From positions 1 to 41,698 of IMG/VR virus record IMGVR_UViG_3300032421_000010: a stretch of DNA of 41,698 nucleotides; one strand, given 5' to 3'. Positions 1 through 8,699 of this stretch are shown in pieces. The stretch is from a virus (lineage: Duplodnaviria > Caudoviricetes). Below the pieces are notes generated by a model that worked only from the letters and a program-made list of their open reading frames with translations, searched no databases and had not been told where the DNA came from. Positions within the stretch are counted from its first letter, which is position 1. The number at the start of each line of letters is the position of its first letter. Made by a program: the position numbers and the translations under genes.

Positions 1-388
<388 letters not shown>

Positions 389-393
<5 letters not shown>

Positions 394-416
394 AATTAAG
401 GAATCTTAACATGAAG
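389..416 (+). repeat. 28-bp dif-like site CTTAGAATTAA-GGAATC-TTAACATGAAG
   Basis: Family member. Confidence 0.7.
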
Positions 417-602
417 CGTTGTCAGTATCTCGTAAGTGAAGCGCCTCACTATTTACACAATCATCAATGTTGGATTGATGGGAAGTACGAGGTGATGGGG
501 ATAACGTTGTGTGGTGTGCATAAGAAAAAAATTGAAAAGCTCAATCCATCCAAAGAAGTTTTGGAAGCATGGACAACGGATGGAAAGCGTGGTTTGAGGT
601 AA
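411..602 (+). CDS. Hypothetical protein (MKRCQY...)
   Basis: In-frame ATG at 411 of ORF 357-602, preceded by AAGGA. Confidence 0.6.
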   Translation: MKRCQYLVSEAPHYLHNHQCWIDGKYEVMGITLCGVHKKKIEKLNPSKEVLEAWTTDGKRGLR

Positions 603-604
603 GG

Positions 605-632
605 TTTAGAATCAATCTAAATTAAAACGGAG
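605..632 (+). repeat. 28-bp dif-like site TTTAGAATCAA-TCTAAA-TTAAAACGGAG
   Basis: Family member. Confidence 0.7.
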
Positions 633-637
633 GGTAT

Positions 638-820
638 ATGGAGTTTAAGACAAAAACACCGGATAGGAAGAAACGAAAGATAACGCCCCAAGGTTACATT
701 CCGGTAACTTTGAATATGAGGCCGGAAGATTACAAGGCTCTTAACAAAGAGGCTCAAAAAAGACAAATGAACCTTTCGCAGTTTCAAAGATGGTGTATTG
801 AGAAAGCAACTTCGCATTAA
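638..820 (+). CDS. Ribbon-helix-helix (CopG/Arc-like) DNA-binding protein
   Basis: VTLNMRPEDYKALNKEAQKRQMNLSQF pattern; RBS GGAGG. Confidence 0.65.
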   Translation: MEFKTKTPDRKKRKITPQGYIPVTLNMRPEDYKALNKEAQKRQMNLSQFQRWCIEKATSH

Positions 821-871
821 GCGTGGTTAATTAGGGCTTGTGTTTAATTACCAACTTGAAGTGGAGGCCCC

Positions 872-1042
872 ATGACGGTAGAAGAAGCTTATCGGCAACA
901 CATGGAATTGATGTGGAAAAACATTCGTGAGTCTTGGGAAGAAACCAAAGAGGCTTATTCTCAAAAGTCATTTGAGGACTTGTCCAAGCCTTTCCAGGGC
1001 ATGCCCGACGAGGATATGCCACAATGGAAGCGTTGGGATTAA
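872..1042 (+). CDS. Hypothetical protein (MTVEEAYRQH...), 56 aa
   Basis: Translated by hand; RBS GGAGG; stop lies in the next site. Confidence 0.65.
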   Translation: MTVEEAYRQHMELMWKNIRESWEETKEAYSQKSFEDLSKPFQGMPDEDMPQWKRWD

Positions 1043-1059
1043 CAATCGTTGTTTAGGAG
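1032..1059 (+). repeat. 28-bp dif-like site GTTGGGATTAA-CAATCG-TTGTTTAGGAG
   Basis: Family member with a variant right arm. Confidence 0.6.
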
Positions 1060-1064
1060 GCCCA

Positions 1065-1217
1065 ATGTCCTTGCGTGAGCGTGTTGCGGTTGAGTGGGTT
1101 GAGAACGGAGAGGCTTGCGTAAGGTTTGTGACTGGAATCAAGAAGGCCGAACACTTGGCGAAGAAAGTAAACGGGACCATTAAGAGCTTCAATAATTGGC
1201 AGGAGGTGGAAGAATGA
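1065..1217 (+). CDS. Hypothetical protein (MSLRERVAVEW...)
   Basis: RBS AGGAGG before ATG 1065. Confidence 0.65.
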   Translation: MSLRERVAVEWVENGEACVRFVTGIKKAEHLAKKVNGTIKSFNNWQEVEE

Positions 1218-1306
1218 GCGACCCGATGATGCCAGCCGTTTTGGTCTGTTGTTTGACGCTTGCGGTATTCGCACTTATCACTTGGCTTGGTGGAATTTGG
1301 GATTGA
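1214..1306 (+). CDS. Small membrane peptide, 30 aa
   Basis: ATGA overlap, RBS GGAGG, one hydrophobic helix. Confidence 0.5.
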   Translation: MSDPMMPAVLVCCLTLAVFALITWLGGIWD

Positions 1307-1331
1307 CGTTTGATAGCTAGTCTGTTAGTAT
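1303..1331 (+). promoter_or_regulatory. Sigma70-type promoter TTGACG-N17-TAGTAT
   Basis: Near-consensus hexamers, 17-bp spacing, intergenic. Confidence 0.6.
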
Positions 1332-1354
1332 CCATTCAGAAAGGCAGGTAAAAA

Positions 1355-1486
1355 ATGTCAAAAAAAGAAGTTGCACCGGAAATCAAGAAGCATTTTTCGC
1401 AGATGGGTAAAAAGTCCTGGCAGAAAAGGCAGGAGGCTATTATTGCCGATGCCAAGAAGAAGGAAAAGAAACATGAAAGTAAGTAA
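1355..1486 (+). CDS. Small basic protein (MSKKEVAPEIKKHFSQMGKKSWQKR...)
   Basis: Translated by hand; downstream of the promoter. Confidence 0.55.
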   Translation: MSKKEVAPEIKKHFSQMGKKSWQKRQEAIIADAKKKEKKHESK

Positions 1487-1691
1487 GTGCTTTCGTATTG
1501 AGCTACCAGACGGGTCGTTTTATGACTTGTCCGCCGATGCCAATAAGATTTGGTGTATTGAGGGGGATTCATCCATTCCCAATGGCACAAGGCGATACGA
1601 TGCGATAGAAGATGTGGTCATACCACAGAGAGAATGGTCTCGGTTCATGGTTGCCATGTGTGAGGCGATAGAAAAGGCGGATTGGACATGA
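1473..1691 (+). CDS. Hypothetical protein (MKVSKCFRIELPDG...)
   Basis: In-frame ATG within ORF 1371-1691. Confidence 0.55.
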   Translation: MKVSKCFRIELPDGSFYDLSADANKIWCIEGDSSIPNGTRRYDAIEDVVIPQREWSRFMVAMCEAIEKADWT

Positions 1692-1801
1692 GGGCTTATT
1701 GGCCCACCGGATTATTCCGTGATGAATTTGGTGGTATTTACTTAAATTTGTTTGGACGTATCTGGGAATTGCGTAAAAACACAACGCCGGATTGGGACTA
1801 A
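1688..1801 (+). CDS. Small hypothetical protein
   Basis: ATGA and TAATG overlaps with its neighbours. Confidence 0.45.
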   Translation: MRAYWPTGLFRDEFGGIYLNLFGRIWELRKNTTPDWD

Positions 1802-1971
1802 TGCTTTCCGTTGGAAATCGAGTTACCAGCAATGGCTTGGTTGGGGTTGTCGTTGAAATAGATGGCCGTGATATAAGGGTTGCTTGGGATGGCCGAGACG
1901 CAACTTGGGAAGTGGCCGAGAACCTTGAGCGTGTATATAAGTTTCCGAGGGTTAAGATTAAGAAAAATTGA
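1801..1971 (+). CDS. Small SH3/KOW-like hypothetical protein (MLSVGNRV...)
   Basis: Translated by hand; VGNRV..GVVVEI beta-strand pattern. Confidence 0.55.
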   Translation: MLSVGNRVTSNGLVGVVVEIDGRDIRVAWDGRDATWEVAENLERVYKFPRVKIKKN

Positions 1972-1978
1972 AGTGGAC
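1951..1978 (+). repeat. 28-bp dif-like site GTTAAGATTAA-GAAAAA-TTGAAGTGGAC
   Basis: Family member. Confidence 0.65.
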
Positions 1979-2100
1979 TTCTGGCGGCGCTGTCCAGAAA
2001 TGGCGGGTTGCCTCGTAGGTAAGGCCGTATAGGGCGCTTCTTTAAGGCTGGAAGTAGCGGGGGCTTCACCTCAAGCGTCGAGGTGAGCGTCGCCAGAAGT
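1977..2100 (+). ncRNA. Candidate structured, tRNA-like multibranch RNA
   Basis: 15-bp closing stem ACTTCTGGCGGCGCT/AGCGTCGCCAGAAGT with one G-U, enclosing 3-4 hairpins. Confidence 0.6.
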
Positions 2101-2126
2101 TCATTTTAACACGCAATGATTAGGAG
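2099..2126 (+). repeat. 28-bp dif-like site GTTCATTTTAA-CACGCA-ATGATTAGGAG
   Basis: Family member. Confidence 0.6.
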
Positions 2127-2132
2127 GCGGGG

Positions 2133-2312
2133 ATGAGTGAGAAACGAAAAGGCCATGAAGATTGTGAAGTTTTGGATGAAAACGACACAAGAGTTAAGCC
2201 TAACTGGAAAAAGCCCTGTGAGAATTGCGGGTCTGTTCCGAGTATGCCATTAACCGGAATGTGCGGCACTTGTACTTTTGGAGAGGCTGATACGATTGGA
2301 GGTAACTGGTGA
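2133..2312 (+). CDS. Small Zn-finger-like protein (CENCG...MCGTC)
   Basis: Translated by hand; RBS GGAGG. Confidence 0.7.
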   Translation: MSEKRKGHEDCEVLDENDTRVKPNWKKPCENCGSVPSMPLTGMCGTCTFGEADTIGGNW

Positions 2313-2533
2313 GCAAGCCAAAGCTGAATGAGATTGAGAAAGTAATTAACCAAATTTGGGAAGACCAACCGGACGGAGAAACATCACCAGAAGAATATGC
2401 CAAATGGTTGCGCCGAAAACTCAGGGCGCTGGTGAGGAAGGCTGACCGACTTGGACTAGATTACGGAGAATGGGGTTCGGACCATTCGGAACACGCCGAC
2501 AAATTTAAAGCGTTATTCGGAGTCCGCCCATGA
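2309..2533 (+). CDS. Hypothetical protein
   Basis: GTGA overlap, RBS GGAGG. Confidence 0.6.
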   Translation: MSKPKLNEIEKVINQIWEDQPDGETSPEEYAKWLRRKLRALVRKADRLGLDYGEWGSDHSEHADKFKALFGVRP

Positions 2534-2985
2534 CCCCATCGAATTGCCCGAAGTGTGGAGAGCCCGTTGACGGTCATCCAATGGGACGGTGTTTGAACAA
2601 ACAGGAATCCCCAAGGTTACTACCCGGCGAGGGTGGCAAGTGCGCTAGGTGCGGTGAATCGCCCGTTGACCATGACAAGGGAATCTATTGCGGAACGGCC
2701 CCCAAGGAATCCCCAAGAGCGGAAGGGCCTTACAAGCGAGAAATTAAAGAACACGCCATATTTATTAAAGGGCCGGATTTGATGGTTAGATTAGAAAAAA
2801 TGGCATGGGATGAAGCGGGTCAATACTCTCACGCATTAAACCGAGCCTTCGCCCAAGGCCAATCCTCAGACCGATACAGGAAGATGTGGGAGGCGCTGTG
2901 GTTTGGATTAGAAACCGACTGGCACGATACTTACTCGAAGGATTGGTTGATTCGCAGAAAGAAAGAATTGGAGGAGCGCCAATGA
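2530..2985 (+). CDS. Hypothetical protein with two CxxCGE-x-PVD-x-H repeats
   Basis: ORF track; ATGA overlap. Confidence 0.6.
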   Translation: MTPSNCPKCGEPVDGHPMGRCLNKQESPRLLPGEGGKCARCGESPVDHDKGIYCGTAPKESPRAEGPYKREIKEHAIFIKGPDLMVRLEKMAWDEAGQYSHALNRAFAQGQSSDRYRKMWEALWFGLETDWHDTYSKDWLIRRKKELEERQ

Positions 2986-3446
2986 GCCAACATGAGCTTA
3001 GTAAAATTCTTGAAGAAATAAATAGTCGTCCGTTTGCCCGTAAAAAGAATCCATTGATGATTGTTCCGGACGCAAGAGAGTGCTGGATTCCGTCATATTC
3101 AAAGGCCAATGATGGCTATTGCAGAATAATCTTTAACGGGCAGGATTATTCTATGCACCGATTTTTCTATGAAAAAATGGTTGGTCCAATACCAGACGGG
3201 ATGCAGTTGGACCATCTTTGTAAAAACAGAGCTTGTTGTAATCCGGCGCACCTAGAGGTGGTTACGTTGGTCGAAAACGTCATGCGTGGAAGTGGAATAA
3301 CCGCCACAAACAAGCGCAAGACCCATTGTAAGCGAGGTCACGAATTCACACCCGAAAACACATATTTGGTAAAGAAGGGGCGCTTTTGTAAGACCTGTAG
3401 CAAGCTTGCCAAACTCGAAGCGTTGAAGAAGTCGGTGGGGGAATGA
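2982..3446 (+). CDS. HNH endonuclease
   Basis: HRFFYE...LDHLCKNRACCNPAHL motif and C-terminal KTHCKRGHEF; RBS GGAG. Confidence 0.9.
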   Translation: MSQHELSKILEEINSRPFARKKNPLMIVPDARECWIPSYSKANDGYCRIIFNGQDYSMHRFFYEKMVGPIPDGMQLDHLCKNRACCNPAHLEVVTLVENVMRGSGITATNKRKTHCKRGHEFTPENTYLVKKGRFCKTCSKLAKLEALKKSVGE

Positions 3447-3547
3447 AACTGTTAAAGTTGAATAGACACGAAAGAGAGTGTTATCTGTGTGAGTTTTCGG
3501 TTGGTCTAGTAAACGTGGTTAGGCGATGGATTTGGTGGGTAGCTTAG
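3443..3547 (+). CDS. Small hypothetical protein (MKLLKLNRHERECYLC...)
   Basis: ATGA overlap; stop lies in the next site. Confidence 0.45.
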   Translation: MKLLKLNRHERECYLCEFSVGLVNVVRRWIWWVA

Positions 3548-3570
3548 AATCAATATGAATTAATCTTAAG
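3543..3570 (+). repeat. 28-bp dif-like site CTTAGAATCAA-TATGAA-TTAATCTTAAG
   Basis: Most palindromic family member (imperfect 11-6-11 inverted repeat). Confidence 0.7.
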
Positions 3571-3579
3571 GGAGGCTGT

Positions 3580-3825
3580 ATGTCGAACATTTATAAGATT
3601 CAAGCCACACAAAGATTTAAGGGCTCACCTAAGGGACCATTGGGCTATCAAATGGGGGATACAATCCACGTTGAGGCTGTCAACGCCAAGTGGGCTTTGG
3701 AAAGAGCGATAAAACACTATAAATCTGAATTTCTTGAGGATGAAAATTCTGGGAAAAAGTGGCCCTGTGTCGATGTTCAAGTGGTTCATCTTGAAAAGGT
3801 TATTGATGACTTTTTAAAACTTTAA
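3580..3825 (+). CDS. Hypothetical protein
   Basis: RBS GGAGG; bounded by two sites. Confidence 0.7.
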   Translation: MSNIYKIQATQRFKGSPKGPLGYQMGDTIHVEAVNAKWALERAIKHYKSEFLEDENSGKKWPCVDVQVVHLEKVIDDFLKL

Positions 3826-3848
3826 GATTAACAACACATGAAGCGGGG
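3821..3848 (+). repeat. 28-bp dif-like site TTTAAGATTAA-CAACAC-ATGAAGCGGGG
   Basis: Family member. Confidence 0.7.
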
Positions 3849-3854
3849 ATGCTT

Positions 3855-3956
3855 ATGAATCCAAATCAATTTTCGTGGCTTTGTCACTTTTGTGGTTTTA
3901 TGAATTCTGTTTTAATGGGACGCTGTGAAAAGTGCGGTAAAAACCATCAGGATTAA
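3855..3956 (+). CDS. RanBP2-like zinc-finger peptide (WLCHFCGFMN...RCEKCG)
   Basis: W-x-C-x2-C-x3-N-x6-C-x2-C signature. Confidence 0.65.
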   Translation: MNPNQFSWLCHFCGFMNSVLMGRCEKCGKNHQD

Positions 3957-3976
3957 AATTTAAAACGGAGGGCGAT

Positions 3977-4252
3977 ATGGAACAAAGCACAAAATCAATA
4001 GAACAAAGGTTGGTTAAGCAATTATCAAAAGCAATGTTGACAAAATTGAGAATAAATAGACACAAATCCGCATGGTGGAACGATGGAAATATGTGGCTTT
4101 TAAAGAACGCACAGAAGAAGCTAAATTTATTGAAAAAATCAATAATGTCATGTGATTCTGCCAGCGCACAGGGTTATGCCGCCGATGTTGCTAATTTTTG
4201 CCAAATGGCTGTTAGCAACCAAATTGAACAAGATAAGATGTTTGAGGATTAA
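3977..4252 (+). CDS. Hypothetical phage protein (KLRINRHKSAW...ADVANF)
   Basis: RBS GGAGG; motif resembles helical phage NTP-pyrophosphohydrolase-like proteins, function unverified. Confidence 0.65.
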   Translation: MEQSTKSIEQRLVKQLSKAMLTKLRINRHKSAWWNDGNMWLLKNAQKKLNLLKKSIMSCDSASAQGYAADVANFCQMAVSNQIEQDKMFED

Positions 4253-4275
4253 GATTAAGGCAACATAACACGAAG
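4248..4275 (+). repeat. 28-bp dif-like site ATTAAGATTAA-GGCAAC-ATAACACGAAG
   Basis: Family member. Confidence 0.7.
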
Positions 4276-4276
4276 G

Positions 4277-4351
4277 GGCGGGACTGGCAGTTAGACTTAG
4301 ACGGGCCGGTTTGAACTGGGTGCGTTCGCTCTTAGCGAGCCCTACCCGCCA
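4277..4351 (+). ncRNA. Candidate small structured RNA (tRNA-sized, ends CCGCCA)
   Basis: Closing stem GGCGGG/CCCGCC; hairpins CCGGTT/AACTGG and GTTCGCT/AGCGAGC. Confidence 0.45.
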
Positions 4352-4375
4352 TAATTAACGAGGCATGAATAGGGG
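4348..4375 (+). repeat. 28-bp dif-like site GCCATAATTAA-CGAGGC-ATGAATAGGGG
   Basis: Family member. Confidence 0.6.
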
Positions 4376-4380
4376 GAGAG

Positions 4381-4584
4381 ATGAAGAAGCCAAAATTAAG
4401 TCTTGGGTTTGTGCCACCATTCAAAGCGGTTCAAGACGACAAGAAAAACAGTTATTCTTGGTCAGTATTGGATTCGACAGATGGGTATATGTGCTTTCAC
4501 ATTTCGGACGCTAGGGCGAAGCAGATAGCCTTTGCTCTTAATTCGGTGTACAAGCGCAAGGATGCGAACAGGATTAAGAGTTAG
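4381..4584 (+). CDS. Hypothetical protein
   Basis: RBS GGGGGAG; bounded by sites. Confidence 0.7.
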   Translation: MKKPKLSLGFVPPFKAVQDDKKNSYSWSVLDSTDGYMCFHISDARAKQIAFALNSVYKRKDANRIKS

Positions 4585-4607
4585 AATCAACATGAGATGA
4601 TTGGGAG
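4580..4607 (+). repeat. 28-bp dif-like site GTTAGAATCAA-CATGAG-ATGATTGGGAG
   Basis: Family member. Confidence 0.7.
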
Positions 4608-4612
4608 GGCCG

Positions 4613-4690
4613 ATGGATTGGATTTGCAATTTTTGTGGATGGTGTATAGATTCGCCAGTCCATACCATTTGCTGTCAAAGAGATGTGTGA
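4613..4690 (+). CDS. Cys-rich micro-peptide (MDWICNFCGWC...), 25 aa
   Basis: RBS GGAGG; bounded by sites. Confidence 0.5.
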   Translation: MDWICNFCGWCIDSPVHTICCQRDV

Positions 4691-4711
4691 TTAACTGCTG
4701 ATGATTCGGAC
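4684..4711 (+). repeat. 28-bp dif-like site TGTGTGATTAA-CTGCTG-ATGATTCGGAC
   Basis: Family member. Confidence 0.6.
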
Positions 4712-4740
4712 CCCTTAATAACGTAACTTGCTATTAAGGG
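4712..4740. other. Hairpin CCCTTAATA-N11-TATTAAGGG
   Basis: 9-bp perfect inverted repeat filling the space between two sites. Confidence 0.7.
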
Positions 4741-4767
4741 TTGAGTTCAATACATCATGAAACGGAG
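4740..4767 (+). repeat. 28-bp dif-like site GTTGAGTTCAA-TACATC-ATGAAACGGAG
   Basis: Last family member before the core genes. Confidence 0.6.
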
Positions 4768-4772
4768 CCCAA

Positions 4773-4925
4773 GTGTCATCTATCCAGGTAATGTGGGTCC
4801 TTGAGGGGTTTTATTGTTTGCTTCTTACCCTATCCATCCTTGAACGGGCCTATCCAATCGCACTATACTGGGTCGGTGCTTTTATCATCAATCTAGCGGT
4901 TATGTGGGCGAAAGGCTTCAAGTGA
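4773..4925 (+). CDS. Small membrane protein (two hydrophobic segments), 50 aa
   Basis: GTG start after GGAG; GTGA overlap with the next gene. Confidence 0.55.
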   Translation: MSSIQVMWVLEGFYCLLLTLSILERAYPIALYWVGAFIINLAVMWAKGFK

Positions 4926-5740
4926 AACAATCGGCCAGGGGTTTGAAATATCCGCTGAAGAGGGTTGAGGAAGGCGACAAGAAAAAAGAAGTTAAAATAT
5001 TATTTTTCGATGTGGAAACATCCCCAAACCTTTCCTGGATATGGGGCCATTACGAACAGAACGCAATCAAGCACAAGCAAAAAAGAAAAATCATAGCCGT
5101 ATCTTGGAAATGGCACAAAAAGAAGATGGTTCATTCTATGTGCATACCGGATTTTTATGGGTATCACAACGGAATTAAAAACAATGAACGTTTGATAAGA
5201 AAACTACATTCTCTATTTTGTTCGGCAGATGTTCTGGTTGGTCAAAATTCCGATAACTTCGATATTAAAATGGCCAATGCTGAGTTCATTAAGTTCGGTC
5301 TTAATCCCCCGCCACCGTATAAGACGATTGACACACTCAAAATTGCCAAGCGAAACTTCCGCTTCAACTCTAACAAGCTCGATGACCTTGGTGATGAGCT
5401 TGGCGTGGGTCGTAAGTTAAAGCATACCGGATTCGATATGTGGGAAGATTGCATGGCTGGTAAAAAAGATGCTTGGGATTTGATGATTAAATACAATAAA
5501 CAAGACGTTGTTCTATTAGAGAAAGTTTACTTAAAGTTTAGGGCTTGGGTAAAGAATCATCCAAACATGAACGCTTTTGATGCTAGGCCATTGTGTACCA
5601 CCTGTCGGTCTAACGCAATTATGAGGCGTGGTTGGGTATTTAGTAAGGCTGGTAATAGGCAAAGGTATCAATGTCAAGATTGTGGTAACTGGATGACGGG
5701 GAAGTTGCAGAAATTAGAACACGAGATGCTACCATCATAA
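4922..5740 (+). CDS. RNase H-like/DEDD 3'-5' exonuclease with C-terminal Zn ribbon
   Basis: FFDVETS, GQNSDNFD, IDTL and YNKQDV motifs; CTTC...CQDCG. Confidence 0.85.
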   Translation: MKQSARGLKYPLKRVEEGDKKKEVKILFFDVETSPNLSWIWGHYEQNAIKHKQKRKIIAVSWKWHKKKMVHSMCIPDFYGYHNGIKNNERLIRKLHSLFCSADVLVGQNSDNFDIKMANAEFIKFGLNPPPPYKTIDTLKIAKRNFRFNSNKLDDLGDELGVGRKLKHTGFDMWEDCMAGKKDAWDLMIKYNKQDVVLLEKVYLKFRAWVKNHPNMNAFDARPLCTTCRSNAIMRRGWVFSKAGNRQRYQCQDCGNWMTGKLQKLEHEMLPS

Positions 5741-5751
5741 GGAGGATGTAG

Positions 5752-5997
5752 ATGGCAACACTTATTTTGCCGAATGTATTAGCACCAAGGTATACGAATA
5801 ACTCGGGCGTTATAACATATGGGGATTTACTTAGGAAGTTTGGATACAAGGATGAAAAGATAAACAGGAAAAGACCAAGCTGGTATGAGCGCAAGTCGCC
5901 CGAAGAACGCAAAGAGATACGGGAACGAAACAAAAAATACCAACGAGAGGCGTGGGAGCGAGAAAAATTAAGATTGGCTGAAATGCGTGGCGAGTAA
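5752..5997 (+). CDS. Hypothetical basic protein
   Basis: RBS AAGGAGG. Confidence 0.65.
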   Translation: MATLILPNVLAPRYTNNSGVITYGDLLRKFGYKDEKINRKRPSWYERKSPEERKEIRERNKKYQREAWEREKLRLAEMRGE

Positions 5998-6334
5998 TCA
6001 TACCGCATTATGCAATCGAGTATTAGTCAGACTGACTAGAAACCCAAACATACGCCTCTGGAATTACAAAGCCTTCATTGGCAACCCCATCTACGATAAA
6101 AATAAAATTGTCCGTGTTGGTGGTCACGGTATATCTGACCTACTAGGCATTGTGGGTCCGTTGGGTAGATTGTTGGCACTAGAAATAAAAATCGGAAAAG
6201 ACGATTTAAAAGTTGACCAAGTTTCGTTTCGTAATATGATTATCTCTCTTGGTGGATTCCACGCCGTTGTCCGAGAAAGTACCAATCTAGAAGAACTAGA
6301 GGCGTCCATTGTTAATTCAGGAAAACGGATTTGA
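5987..6334 (+). CDS. VRR-NUC / PD-(D/E)xK nuclease
   Basis: GISDLLG...ALEIK...DQVSF motif. Confidence 0.8.
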   Translation: MASNHTALCNRVLVRLTRNPNIRLWNYKAFIGNPIYDKNKIVRVGGHGISDLLGIVGPLGRLLALEIKIGKDDLKVDQVSFRNMIISLGGFHAVVRESTNLEELEASIVNSGKRI

Positions 6335-8663
6335 ATTTGATTGTCAACCAGATGGAAAAATCCATCGTTTCGGACGGGAACAAAATGAGAAAAGCAAAGA
6401 CTGTTGGGCTGTATTGCATCAGGCCCACACAAGGAAAGGCGAACTCTTCTTTTATGGGGCGTATGGTGATTGGTCAACGCAAGAGAGATATAAATATTGT
6501 TCGCTCCCCGATAAACAACTTTCGGCGGAAGACCGCAAGCACGTTGAAGATGCTATAAAAAGAAGGGAGAAAGAGATTGCGAAAGAACAAGAGCGGGCTT
6601 GGGAAGAAGCGGCCACAAGGGCGAAAGAGATACTTGCTCAACTCTCTGTCGGACCAACTGATTACACAAATAGAAAACGGGCTGAACCTATGTTCCGAGA
6701 TGGAAACGGAAATACGGTCATACCTGCTAAAGACGGAACCGGCAAAGTCTGGACCCTCCAATTTATCGCCCCGGACGGCCAAAAGAAGTTCCTCGTGGGT
6801 GGTCGGAAAAAGGGGAATTTCTTTACGCTTGAAGGCGATAGAAGCCGTATTTTTATATGCGAAGGTTACGCAACTGCAAGCTCGGTTAAACAGGCTACGG
6901 GTTGCACTACGATTGTTGCTTTCGACGCCGGGAACATCAGAAGCGTATTTGAGGCTATTGAACGACAATCCCCAAATTCAGAAATCATTATCGCTGGTGA
7001 CAACGATGAGAGCCGAGCCGGACACTCTCACGGACTCGGAAATGCAATTTATCCAGAAGCGGTTGGATATGACTGGAACGATGTTCATCTCGAACAAGGA
7101 CTAGATGCTGTCAAGAGGGCTCTAAGCAAAGAGCCCGAAGTCTATGTCCATCCACTGGGATTCAACGAAGACACCTACTATTACACATCGGATAATAACC
7201 GCCAGATAATCGCCCTATCCGCCGCCGCACACACGAAGGGAAACTTCTACCAGTTACAACCACAAGAATGGTGGGATGCCACATTTGAGGGTAAGCAAGG
7301 CGCTGATTTTAACAAAGCCGCAAGCACTCTTATGTCCCGTTGCCGTAAGGTTGGGATATTCAATCCCGCTAACATTAGGGGTGCTGGTATATGGAAAGAC
7401 AAAGAAGGTCTAGTAATCAACTCGGCGTTCACAGCTCCGAAGAAAACCAAATACACCTATGTCATGGCAAGACCGATACCGTTGCCAACGGAACCGTTGG
7501 ACGATACCAACACACTAGAAAATATAGTTCAGCAACTCTGTTGGGCCAATCCAGACCACGGCAAATTCCTTATCGGCTGGATGGTGATAGCGCCGTTCTG
7601 TGGAGCCCTAGAATGGCGTCCTCATATATGGCTTACGGGTCCAAGGGGTTCTGGTAAGTCCACGGTCCTTGAATCTATCATCCATGCACTCATTGGCCCT
7701 TGGAGTGTTTACATTAAATCCAACTCAACCGAAGCGGGGATTAGGCAACAGCTTGGACAGAACGCTTTGCCAGTTGTGTTCGATGAGTTTGAACCAATGG
7801 GAGATAGGACGGACGAGAGACACAAGGCTATCCTAGACCTATTTAGGCAAGCATCTTTTGAATCCTCGGGTGAGATATTGAAGGGCAGTTCATCCGGTCA
7901 TTCCATCCAATATACGGCACGTTTTGCGGCCTTGGTAAGCAGTATTAGGGTTAACCTACAGAACGATGCCGACCAATCTAGGTTTACCGTGTTAGACCTA
8001 AAGGAACCAAGCGAAGAGAACAGAAAGAATTATGCTCAATTCGAGAAACTGTTTGACCTTTTGACGCCCGAGTATGCCGTAAAGTTATTCACCAGGACGT
8101 ATAAAAACTGGCACGTTTTTGAACAATCGAGAAAGGCTATATTTGAGGCCATAACCCACAAGTATAACTCTCGGTTTGCACAACAATATTCTCCGTTACT
8201 TGCGGGATACTACCTGACCAAGCAATTAGATCCTGTTGGTGCAGAAGTAATCGAACATTTTAACCTAGACAAGGCACACAAGTCAACAGATGAAAAAGAT
8301 GAAGAACAATGTCTTGACCATCTCTTAACTTCCATTATGAGTGTTGAGTTCGATTCCGGCATCAAACACGAGCGCACGTTCCATGAGGCGTTCCAATGTA
8401 TATCCGTGGTCAAGAATAGTGATGCGCCGAGGTATGAAGAGGCCCTACTTAGGTATGGCATCAAGATTAAAGAGAATGAGATTTACATAGCTCAGGGCAC
8501 CCCATTACTCAAGGCCGTCTTTAAGGGAACCAAATGGGCAAATGGTTGGTCTAAGTCCCTTGCCCGTATTCCTGGGGCCCAAAACAGCCAACAATTATCA
8601 ATGGACGGAAGAAATCTTCGTGCGGTCAAGATACCTCTTGACAGCATAATCAATGTGTTCTAA
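6309..8663 (+). CDS. Primase-helicase (TOPRIM plus P-loop ATPase)
   Basis: ICEGYAT, AGDND and DWND TOPRIM motifs; GPRGSGKS Walker A, FDE Walker B. Confidence 0.9.
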   Translation: MLIQENGFEFDCQPDGKIHRFGREQNEKSKDCWAVLHQAHTRKGELFFYGAYGDWSTQERYKYCSLPDKQLSAEDRKHVEDAIKRREKEIAKEQERAWEEAATRAKEILAQLSVGPTDYTNRKRAEPMFRDGNGNTVIPAKDGTGKVWTLQFIAPDGQKKFLVGGRKKGNFFTLEGDRSRIFICEGYATASSVKQATGCTTIVAFDAGNIRSVFEAIERQSPNSEIIIAGDNDESRAGHSHGLGNAIYPEAVGYDWNDVHLEQGLDAVKRALSKEPEVYVHPLGFNEDTYYYTSDNNRQIIALSAAAHTKGNFYQLQPQEWWDATFEGKQGADFNKAASTLMSRCRKVGIFNPANIRGAGIWKDKEGLVINSAFTAPKKTKYTYVMARPIPLPTEPLDDTNTLENIVQQLCWANPDHGKFLIGWMVIAPFCGALEWRPHIWLTGPRGSGKSTVLESIIHALIGPWSVYIKSNSTEAGIRQQLGQNALPVVFDEFEPMGDRTDERHKAILDLFRQASFESSGEILKGSSSGHSIQYTARFAALVSSIRVNLQNDADQSRFTVLDLKEPSEENRKNYAQFEKLFDLLTPEYAVKLFTRTYKNWHVFEQSRKAIFEAITHKYNSRFAQQYSPLLAGYYLTKQLDPVGAEVIEHFNLDKAHKSTDEKDEEQCLDHLLTSIMSVEFDSGIKHERTFHEAFQCISVVKNSDAPRYEEALLRYGIKIKENEIYIAQGTPLLKAVFKGTKWANGWSKSLARIPGAQNSQQLSMDGRNLRAVKIPLDSIINVF

Positions 8664-8699
8664 CTTACTAACTAACAAGCCGTTCAAAAAGGGGGAAGA

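Noticed and set aside
4277-4351. Canonical tRNA gene
   Set aside because: No T-loop consensus or proper anticodon arm; kept only as an ncRNA candidate
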